Shown: in pieces, positions 6,990-14,427 of the stretch | Layout of the letters: every line of letters starts with the position of its first letter | Numbering within the stretch: position 1 is the stretch's first letter | DNA from: Aliivibrio fischeri ES114 | GTDB lineage: Bacteria > Pseudomonadota > Gammaproteobacteria > Enterobacterales > Vibrionaceae | Reading direction: 5' to 3' (one strand) | Length of the DNA: 32,000 bases | Assembly: GCF_000011805.1 (NCBI RefSeq) | Contig: NC_006841.2 | Program-made: the position numbers and the translations under genes | Notes under the pieces: generated by a model | Seen by the model: only the letters and a program-made list of their open reading frames with translations | The model's database searches: none | Told to the model about the DNA's origin: nothing

Positions 6990-8765
6990 CTAGCCTATTA
7001 ATTCTGAAACTTTAATTTTTGTTTTCAAAACGGATAATTCGTATTCTGTTGTCCCTAAATCAGCACTTGCGCCGCGAAGAATATCAACCTCTTCAACTTC
7101 TTTTGGCCAACCAGAAAATGGGAGATTTAAGAAACCTTCATCGTCAACTTTTGCTTGCCTGAAATAAACTTTCTGTGACCATTCTTGGTCTTCATTTCTT
7201 AACATTATGAAATCATCAGGTTGATCTGTTGTGCTGCAAATTCGGTAACGTAATGTAATTTGATTTTTTGGTGGCATCACCGTCATTGCTGCAATGTTGC
7301 TATCACTTTGCTTATTGATTAATTCTGAACCAAAAACTGAATTATCAACTATAGGTAACTTGTAAATACTATCGCCTTCAAATGTTTGCTGTTTGCTATA
7401 AACAGACATTTCATCAGTGGATACCGCGACATTAATATAATCAGCCTCTAGCGCGTTGATGTCATTTTCATTCAATGATCTTTGGCTATAATAGACATAA
7501 CAATCAGTTTGCTGTTGGCCTAATATTTTATAAGGCAACCAAATATGAGGCATGGGATGACTTATTCGTTTCGTATTATTTGAGCCATCATCTTTTGTTG
7601 GGCTTTCGTGTGTCGCTAGACATATTTCATCGTGATCAAAATCTACAAATTTTAATGTGACCTCTTCTTCTCCTAAATCAAATACTCTTGCTTGTTCACA
7701 TAGATCGAGTTCACCAGAAAAGACTTTTTTTCCTTTTTGATACAATTCAAATTTTTCAAAAGAGACATTAGATTCTGGCAGAAACTCCGATCCTGTAATA
7801 TTTACATGGTAGGTTTTTGATTGGCTTGGATTATCACCTTGATGATAATATTCACAAAAATAACCATTTTTATTAATAGCGATTTCTCGCCATACTTTAT
7901 TTTTCCAAATAACGTAAAAGAAACCAGTTTTATATAATGTGTGTTCGGTTTCTTGCCTCTTCATTGGCACCACAGGCACTAACACATTATCCCACTCTGC
8001 CATTTCTGTTTCTTTGGTTACAGGAGATAATGATTCGCTCAGTAACAGGTTTATCTCTTTGGCTGAATTCATGCTTGGTAACGTCAAGTACAGCGCTCTA
8101 TTTCTATCATCTAAATACGTAAATTCGACGAGACTCCGGTGTCCATTTTTGCTGTCTTTTTTCGGCTTTACTGTCTTTTCATTGATGTTTTTTAATTTTG
8201 AAATCGAGATTGATGCCGCATTATTAGGCCATTGCCCTGCAAACTCGATGACGATTTTATTATCACTCTTTTTTTCTGAAATAGGAGTGATGGATGAAGC
8301 GTTTGAACTTGAACGAAGTAAGGTCGGTTTTGCTTTTAAACGAGAACGAGTAACCGACGGGTTAACCACTTTATCAATACGTTTTTTTAGACCACTTCCT
8401 TGAGCTAAATTCAGAGTATCGATACTTCTATGTTGGTTCATTAACGATAATGCAGCCCACTCCCCCTGCTCAACCAATTGACGAATACGACTGACGGTTT
8501 GAAATACCCCTTGTGAATCACTAATTGCAGAGTGACGCTGTAAATTAATAGGTAACGATGCTTTTAATGAAGATAGATCAGTAAAACGATTAAGATGATT
8601 CAGTAATTCATTGGGAGTGAGAATATACGGTAAGTCTTTTTGGGTAAGTAAGCGACCGGGGATAAGTTTAAATTGGCAGAGCATCTGCATCTCCACATTC
8701 AGTGTATTGAAAGTATCTAAAAATAAATTGCCTGCTATATAAATATGAACAGAGAACTCAGTCAA
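6990..8765 (-). CDS. Hypothetical 591-aa (or ~564-aa) protein, first gene of the operon; no signal peptide, no recognised domain
   Basis: Long ORF. The track start at 8765 is a TTG codon (TTGACTGAG). In-frame ATGs at 8690 and 8684 (..GTGGAGATGCAGATG..) have GGAG 6 nt upstream of the second ATG, so the true start is probably 8684 or 8690. A Ser/Arg/Lys-rich linker (aa ~138-170) separates an N-terminal ~135-aa region from a large beta-rich-looking C-terminal part. Confidence 0.8.
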   Translation of the reverse strand: MTEFSVHIYIAGNLFLDTFNTLNVEMQMLCQFKLIPGRLLTQKDLPYILTPNELLNHLNRFTDLSSLKASLPINLQRHSAISDSQGVFQTVSRIRQLVEQGEWAALSLMNQHRSIDTLNLAQGSGLKKRIDKVVNPSVTRSRLKAKPTLLRSSSNASSITPISEKKSDNKIVIEFAGQWPNNAASISISKLKNINEKTVKPKKDSKNGHRSLVEFTYLDDRNRALYLTLPSMNSAKEINLLLSESLSPVTKETEMAEWDNVLVPVVPMKRQETEHTLYKTGFFYVIWKNKVWREIAINKNGYFCEYYHQGDNPSQSKTYHVNITGSEFLPESNVSFEKFELYQKGKKVFSGELDLCEQARVFDLGEEEVTLKFVDFDHDEICLATHESPTKDDGSNNTKRISHPMPHIWLPYKILGQQQTDCYVYYSQRSLNENDINALEADYINVAVSTDEMSVYSKQQTFEGDSIYKLPIVDNSVFGSELINKQSDSNIAAMTVMPPKNQITLRYRICSTTDQPDDFIMLRNEDQEWSQKVYFRQAKVDDEGFLNLPFSGWPKEVEEVDILRGASADLGTTEYELSVLKTKIKVSELIG

Positions 8766-8880
8766 ACCCTATTGCCCTTCACACTTATCTTCCTAGGTCG
8801 ACGTCTCTTGTTTTTGTAAATATCCAACCTCTTAATTACATTCTTAGCTTTATACTCCGCTCTTCATGAATTAATGTGAA

Positions 8881-8907
8881 ACAAAAAACGGCCCAATTAA
8901 GGACCGC
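8881..8907 (-). terminator. Rho-independent terminator of the antiporter gene; upstream boundary of the 4-gene operon
   Basis: The minus strand reads GCGGTCC-TTAATT-GGGCCG-TTTTTTGT. That is a 6-7 bp GC-rich stem (one G-U pair), a 6-nt loop and a T6 tract, about 30 nt after the stop at 8936. Confidence 0.7.
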
Positions 8908-8935
8908 TTCATTGCTGTCATCTTTAGGTAAACGT

Positions 8936-10477
8936 CTAGCCTAGCTGATTTCCAGCCACCAATTTGCTTTTATTGAACATATTCTCTGGAGTTAATTTAG
9001 CGAGTGTTACTACCAATGTAACCTGCGCTATTAACGCTAATATGAAAATAAGTGGGTTATCAAAAATGCCTGCAATTAGAAAGCTGACAAGTGCGATTCC
9101 ACCATTTAATAATGCATAAGGGAGTTGTGTCTTAAAGTGTTCAAACTGATCACATCCTGCTCCTGTTGAAGATAAGATCGTTGTTTCAGAAATTGGTGAA
9201 CAGTGATCGCCAAACAAACCACCAGAAAGTACAGCACCAATACATACAAACATCGGTGCATCAATTGTGATAGCTGTCGGAATAACCAAATGCATCATAA
9301 TCGCAAATGTTCCCCATGACGATCCCGTAGCAAATGAAATGATCGCTGCCAGTAAAAAAGATACCGCAGGCACTAACCAATATGGAAAGCCGTTTTGAGC
9401 TTGCTCTGCAATATAAGCTGCCGCACCTAACTCTTTACCAACTGAACTCAGAGTCCATGCAAGAATAAGGATGATTGCAACTTGCATCATGTTACCCATT
9501 CCTTTCATGTACACAGAAATACCATCCGATAGACTTCTTACCTTATTCATTGCCATTAAAATAATTAGTGTAAATGCGGCAAAGAAGTAAGCGGTAGACA
9601 AAGCAGAACGAAACACTGAACCAGAGACTTTTTCAAATGGGAAACCTAGAGGTGCAAGCATAAATACCAAAACAGCTCCCATCACCAATAGCGGTGCCCA
9701 TACAAACGAGGCTTTTGCATTTTTATGCGTGAATATTTCTTTTGAAATATCAGACGACGCATGAAGTTCGCCCTTACTTGCTATCGCTTCAGCTTTTGCC
9801 ATTGGGCCAAAATCCAATTTCTTTAATGCGACAAGTGGAACAATCGCTATCGCTAAAATTGCGTAGAATTGATATGGAATTGCGCCTAAAAATGCATCCC
9901 AATCTGTAATATCAGTGACATTTAATGCAGTAAATTCTTTCTGAATTAACCCCATGATATACACACCCCAACCAATGAATGGAATTAAAATAGCCACAGG
10001 TGATGAGGTTGAATCAATAATGAAGGCCAGCTTTTGACGAGAGATTTTTAATTTATCGAAAAGAGGACGAAAAACTGGACCAACAATTAATGGCGTACCT
10101 AAATCAGAGAAGAAAATGATGATCCCCCCTAGCCATGCCGAGGTTTGTGCCTGAAATTTACTTTTTACCCAAAGCGTTACTTTTTCTGCAAATGCAAGGC
10201 CACCACCCGACTTTTCCATTAGCGCAACAAACCCACCAATGAAAACCAGCAATACAATCACTCCGGCATTATAGCTATCTGTTAGTTGAGGAGAGATATA
10301 ACTTTTAACCATAACACCAAATGTTTCAAACGGGCCAAGCGTGGTAAACAAACCGTTTAGCATTGCTACTCCACTCAAAACACCCGCAAAAAGACCAACC
10401 ACCACATTACGCGTCGTTAACGAGATAATCAGCGTTATAGCAATGGGGATAAGGGAAGTAATGTCTGTCTGTTCCAT
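8936..10477 (-). CDS. Na+/H+ antiporter NhaC-family membrane transporter
   Basis: Polytopic membrane protein. The block GGIIIFFSDLGTPLIVGPVFRPLFDKLKISRQKLAFIIDSTSSPVAILIPFIGWGVY is typical of the NhaC/Na_H_antiporter family as I recall it. The ORF extends to 10522, but ATG 10477 (MEQTDITS...) has AAAGGAAC 7 nt upstream, so I prefer it. Confidence 0.7.
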   Translation of the reverse strand: MEQTDITSLIPIAITLIISLTTRNVVVGLFAGVLSGVAMLNGLFTTLGPFETFGVMVKSYISPQLTDSYNAGVIVLLVFIGGFVALMEKSGGGLAFAEKVTLWVKSKFQAQTSAWLGGIIIFFSDLGTPLIVGPVFRPLFDKLKISRQKLAFIIDSTSSPVAILIPFIGWGVYIMGLIQKEFTALNVTDITDWDAFLGAIPYQFYAILAIAIVPLVALKKLDFGPMAKAEAIASKGELHASSDISKEIFTHKNAKASFVWAPLLVMGAVLVFMLAPLGFPFEKVSGSVFRSALSTAYFFAAFTLIILMAMNKVRSLSDGISVYMKGMGNMMQVAIILILAWTLSSVGKELGAAAYIAEQAQNGFPYWLVPAVSFLLAAIISFATGSSWGTFAIMMHLVIPTAITIDAPMFVCIGAVLSGGLFGDHCSPISETTILSSTGAGCDQFEHFKTQLPYALLNGGIALVSFLIAGIFDNPLIFILALIAQVTLVVTLAKLTPENMFNKSKLVAGNQLG

Positions 10478-10809
10478 AGTAACGTTCCTTTTTATACTGC
10501 AAAAGAGTAAATACTTATTCAATTAAATTGACTATATATTTCACAATCACAAATGTATAGTTTTTTATTCACTTTTTATGAGTTTAAATTCACGCGTGTA
10601 TCGAGAGTCTCATTTTAGAAATCACAAGATATTCACCAAAAAGCACTCCAAGCAAAAAAACCATTCATAGAACATATAAACCAAGGGTCGCCGATACTTT
10701 ATTTTATAAAAGTGCTTGATTAGCAGCAATTTTAGGTTTTCACCTCTTTTCTATTAGCTACAGATATTCTTCAATCATTCATAAGCTGCTTAATTAAGAG
10801 AGCAAGGAT

Positions 10810-11280
10810 ATGCCTAGATTAATTACGTTAATGATTATCTTATGTTTAGCATTTAATAGTTATGCAAAGGAAACCATTTGGACAGATGACAATATTCATT
10901 TCAATTCTCTAATCTATGCTCAAAATTCTGATGATGCCTTCATCCAATCCGTAGTAACTTACGATTGCAAAAAAATTGAAATTTCGGTGGGATTTAATGA
11001 AGCGCCTCAATCATCTTTAACGGCAGTGATTAATAACAAAACGATCAGACTCAATAAATTTGGGGTCAATTATTATGGATATGCCGTATACAAACCAAAA
11101 AGTGAAACGGCAGAAGAATTGTTATTAGATCAATTTAGACAAGAAGCACCGATTCATTTAGTCGATGCTCTTGGAGATAGCTATTACTTCACTACTCAAT
11201 ATTACTCTCAAGCAATGAAACATAGACTCACCGCATGCTTAAAAAATAGAGATAAGTATTCACTACAAAATAATAGCTAA
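10810..11280 (+). CDS. Hypothetical secreted protein (156 aa)
   Basis: Sec-type signal peptide MPRLITLMIILCLAFNSYA|KE. AAGGA lies upstream of the ATG. No recognised domain. Confidence 0.6.
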   Translation: MPRLITLMIILCLAFNSYAKETIWTDDNIHFNSLIYAQNSDDAFIQSVVTYDCKKIEISVGFNEAPQSSLTAVINNKTIRLNKFGVNYYGYAVYKPKSETAEELLLDQFRQEAPIHLVDALGDSYYFTTQYYSQAMKHRLTACLKNRDKYSLQNNS

Positions 11281-12189
11281 TTAATAATGATGAGATTCTT
11301 TCATTGCTTTCTTGAAGCATTCCGCTGCTTTTAGAAAAACAGGCCCTTTATCTGAATTTTGGCTACTGATTAGCCCACATCCCCATGAGATATCCCCATC
11401 AAAAAATGCCACATCACATCGCTTTATTTGATTAGATTTTACATACGGCTCTGCAAGATGGATTGGTAGAATACTCCATGCCAGTTGGGATGCTTCCAAG
11501 CACGATATAAGAAAATCATTACGAGTTAAAACCTGATAATTAGCACTGAATATCGCTACGTTATCAAGCTCGGCTGAGAGTAAACTTTGCAATATTAACT
11601 GTTTCTTTGTTTGCATTAACTGAAGCGAACATGGCTCATGATCAAGTAATTCAGAATTAACACTTACATACACACCAAAATGTATTGAACCAATATTAAT
11701 CCCTGCAAGACCTTCATGTGGCTTACTACGATAGGATATTAGCTGTAACGTCAGGTCTACCTTTCCTTCTTGAATTGATTGAATAGCGAGATCCTTTTGT
11801 TGCGATAAGTAATTCACTCTCGTATATGGAAATGCATTCGATAACTCTTGTTCTGTTTTCACCAGTACTGACATCGGCATTGTTTCGTCATAACTGATGG
11901 TCAAACTGTCTTCTATATCGCTACCTATATTATTTGCAATATTTTGAACTTCTAAACGTTGTTCCAGTAGCAATGTCGCATACTTATATAAACGTGTAGC
12001 ATCTGGGGATAGCTTTGGCGTTTTTCCTTCTCGATTAAATAGTTCAACCCCCCAATCTATCTCAAGAAATGCAACCAATTGATGAACCGTTGATCTGTCT
12101 TTTTTAAGCTTTCTTGCTGCAGCACTAAAAGATCCTTGCTCTACCACCGTAGCAAATGCTTCTAATTGGTCAAAAGTAAATGTCGCCAT
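11281..12189 (-). CDS. LysR-family transcriptional regulator
   Basis: N-terminal wHTH FDQLEAFATVVEQGSFSAAARKLKKDRSTVHQLVAFLEIDWGVELFNREGK followed by a LysR substrate-binding-length C-terminus. ATG 12189 is preceded by GGTGGAG. The track start 12204 adds MRWRI. Divergent from the hydrolase gene. Confidence 0.9.
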   Translation of the reverse strand: MATFTFDQLEAFATVVEQGSFSAAARKLKKDRSTVHQLVAFLEIDWGVELFNREGKTPKLSPDATRLYKYATLLLEQRLEVQNIANNIGSDIEDSLTISYDETMPMSVLVKTEQELSNAFPYTRVNYLSQQKDLAIQSIQEGKVDLTLQLISYRSKPHEGLAGINIGSIHFGVYVSVNSELLDHEPCSLQLMQTKKQLILQSLLSAELDNVAIFSANYQVLTRNDFLISCLEASQLAWSILPIHLAEPYVKSNQIKRCDVAFFDGDISWGCGLISSQNSDKGPVFLKAAECFKKAMKESHHY

Positions 12190-12202
12190 AATTCTCCACC
12201 TC

Positions 12203-12223
12203 ATGTTGGGTTAATCCCAACAT
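12203..12223. promoter_or_regulatory. Perfect interrupted dyad ATGTTGGG-TTAAT-CCCAACAT containing a T-N11-A LTTR-type box
   Basis: 8-bp perfect inverted arms with a 5-bp spacer. The inner TGGGTTAATCCCA fits T-N11-A. It sits in the divergent lysR/hydrolase intergenic region, centred about 90 bp upstream of the hydrolase ATG and just upstream of the lysR SD. Confidence 0.55.
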
Positions 12224-12302
12224 ACCAGAGATTACATGTGCGATAAAGCACGCAATAATAGCCATATTGATGAAACACATCCTCTTCCATTAAGGAGAAA
12301 CA

Positions 12303-13343
12303 ATGATGAAACGTTCTTTTATTTCGACTGCTTTAATTGGTGCACTTACTTTGTCTGCCATTGCTCCAGCAGCACAAGCATGTACTCGTATACTCTGGAA
12401 GACACAAGATCACGGTACGTTTGTCACTAGAACAATGGATTGGTCAGAACAAACACATCCACATTTAATGAATTTCCCTGCTGGTAGCTCTTATTTAGCT
12501 CACAGTGAAAAATCAAATAAAGTGACATCTAAATACGATGTAACAGGCTTAACTACCTACGGTTTTATTACTGATGGTGTTAACTCGAAAGGTTTAAGTG
12601 GTAATGTTTTGTATGATGGTGAAATGGATTTAGCCGTTAAATCATCAAACAAAAATGGTTCATTAACTTACTTACGTAATATGCTGTCACAGTATCAATC
12701 AGTGAATGAAGTTGTTGCCGCAATCAATGAAGGGGCTCCTTCTATTGAGTTTGTTGAAGGAGTACCGATTCGTATTGCTCTTCACATCTCATTTCAAGAT
12801 ACCACAGGCGATAGTGCAATTGTTGAATGGAGAAATGGAAAACCTCAAGTATGGCATGGTAAGCAATACACCGTAATGACAAACCAACCAGGCTACGCAC
12901 AGCATCTTGCTAATGTAGAGCGTTCAAAACGTGGTTGGGGTGAAAAAGATAAACAATGGAGTCAAACCAATCTTGGCACAGGCGGCAATACCAACCCAGA
13001 AGACCGTTTTATTCATGCGACTTACTTTTCTGGTCACTTAACTGAACCAAGCAGTGTAATAAACGGTATTTTAAAATTAGATTCAACGAGCTTTAAAATC
13101 CCTCACGATGCACCAAATAAAATGATCAATGGAAAAATGGCGGGATATGCGACGGAGTACTCTGTAAATCGTCACCTTGATTCTGGTGAAACAGTAGTCC
13201 GCTATCAGTGGGGCGATGCATTTAATCAAGTGCAATATAATGTTAAAGAAATTCAAAAATCAGGCGAGAATATTGCGTTTGATATATCAAAGCCAGGGCT
13301 TTCAGGAAATATAACTCAGACAGTAATTAACAACGCTCGATGA
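12303..13343 (+). CDS. Periplasmic linear amide C-N hydrolase, choloylglycine hydrolase family (penicillin V acylase / bile-salt hydrolase / AHL-acylase-like Ntn hydrolase)
   Basis: Signal peptide ends AQA|C, which exposes Cys as the N-terminal nucleophile (CTRILW...). Family blocks: RTMDW, DGVNSKGLSGNVLY, VMTNQPGY, NPEDRF. AAGGAG lies 6 nt upstream of the ATG. Confidence 0.85.
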   Translation: MMKRSFISTALIGALTLSAIAPAAQACTRILWKTQDHGTFVTRTMDWSEQTHPHLMNFPAGSSYLAHSEKSNKVTSKYDVTGLTTYGFITDGVNSKGLSGNVLYDGEMDLAVKSSNKNGSLTYLRNMLSQYQSVNEVVAAINEGAPSIEFVEGVPIRIALHISFQDTTGDSAIVEWRNGKPQVWHGKQYTVMTNQPGYAQHLANVERSKRGWGEKDKQWSQTNLGTGGNTNPEDRFIHATYFSGHLTEPSSVINGILKLDSTSFKIPHDAPNKMINGKMAGYATEYSVNRHLDSGETVVRYQWGDAFNQVQYNVKEIQKSGENIAFDISKPGLSGNITQTVINNAR

Positions 13344-13380
13344 GATAAAAGATTCTCATAAGGGTGAGAATACTAAGACC

Positions 13381-13416
13381 AAAGCCGAATGTATTTACCA
13401 TTCGGCTTTTTATTTT
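13381..13416 (+). terminator. Rho-independent terminator after the hydrolase gene
   Basis: AAAGCCGAATG-(7-nt loop)-CATTCGGCTTT gives an 11-bp stem followed by TTATTTTAT. Confidence 0.8.
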
Positions 13417-13419
13417 ATC

Positions 13420-14397
13420 TTATTTATCAGCAGGAAAAACCACACCAGTTTGTTTGCGGATTTCTGAGGTTACTTTTGATATAAGCAATGAACGCTCAAC
13501 CGCTTGTATATCCATTTGATTCGATTCAACTTGCTCGGAAAATTTAAACGCTTCATAAAACATTGGATTGGCGTTTTGTTCAAGGGTCAAGTCTTCAGTT
13601 TCTCCACCACGGTTTACTTTCGTTACTTTTTGGCCAATAGAGATCATCTCAGCTAAGATCGCCCCCTCTTCACCTTGAATCTCACTAGGTACATAAGAAT
13701 CACTGGTCTTAGAGTGCATAACAACAACATCAAAGCCATCATAACCACAAATGATACTGCCGTTACCATCAACACCTGAATCTAGTAGATGCGCCTGTGC
13801 TTGAATGGATTTTGGCTCACCAAATAACTCAACCATAGAACCAACACAATAAAAACCGATGTCCATAATCGAGCCATTTGAAAACTCAGGATTAAAAGTA
13901 TTTGGGTTTTCACCATTAAGGTATTTAGGGTAACGAGAAGAATACTGACAATAAGTGATGTGCGCTTTTCTAATAGCCCCTAAACTTGGCAAGTGCGACT
14001 TAATTTGCTGAAAGTTAGGTAAATATGGCGACATAAAGGCTTCAAACAGCACCACGTTATTTTCTTGTGCGGTTTGATAAGCGAGTTGTGCTTCTTGATA
14101 ATTTGAAGCGATTGGCTTTTCACAAATGACGTGTTTGCCATGCTTCATCATCTTAATAGATTGTGGCGCATGAAATGAATTCGGACTTGCGATGTACACC
14201 GCATCTACTTCATCACACGCCGCTAATTTATCTAAACAATCAAAGGTTAAAGTGACACTAAATTTATCTGCAAATGCTTTAGCTTGTTCAAGTGAGCGTG
14301 AATACACTGCAGATATTTGATATTTACCACTTTCTAGTGCAGCCGCTAAAAATCGTTCTGTGATCCAGTTAGTTCCAATAACAGCAAGTTTTATCAT
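13420..14397 (-). CDS. Gfo/Idh/MocA-family NAD(P)-dependent oxidoreductase
   Basis: N-terminal Rossmann MIKLAVIGTNWITERF, plus the EKP motif (VICEKPIA) typical of the family. 325 aa. Confidence 0.85.
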   Translation of the reverse strand: MIKLAVIGTNWITERFLAAALESGKYQISAVYSRSLEQAKAFADKFSVTLTFDCLDKLAACDEVDAVYIASPNSFHAPQSIKMMKHGKHVICEKPIASNYQEAQLAYQTAQENNVVLFEAFMSPYLPNFQQIKSHLPSLGAIRKAHITYCQYSSRYPKYLNGENPNTFNPEFSNGSIMDIGFYCVGSMVELFGEPKSIQAQAHLLDSGVDGNGSIICGYDGFDVVVMHSKTSDSYVPSEIQGEEGAILAEMISIGQKVTKVNRGGETEDLTLEQNANPMFYEAFKFSEQVESNQMDIQAVERSLLISKVTSEIRKQTGVVFPADK

Positions 14398-14427
14398 GAT
14401 CCTATCTCTTTATTGATTTTATTTTGT

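Noticed and set aside
7475-8403. Plus-strand ORFs 7475-7660, 7937-8122 and 7939-8403 (up to 154 aa)
   Set aside because: They are antisense to the 591-aa gene and mutually overlapping in two frames. Their composition is Ser/Leu/Phe-rich and they lack a start context. They are most simply shadow ORFs.
10478-10522. N-terminal extensions given by the ORF track: 10478-10522, 12190-12204, 17322-17330, 24336-24389, 25658-25696, 25834-25842, 27872-27985 and 30100-30120
   Set aside because: Several begin with GTG or TTG, or lack an SD. Downstream ATGs have good SD spacing and align with the start of the conserved domain or signal peptide, and the 24336-24389 extension would also create a long overlap with the upstream gene. 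I treated these as non-coding extensions, though the true starts remain unverified.
12236-12430. 64-aa plus-strand ORF overlapping the start of the hydrolase gene
   Set aside because: It is in a different frame from the well-supported hydrolase CDS, which has signal peptide and family motifs. It has a Cys/His/Ser-rich odd composition and no SD.
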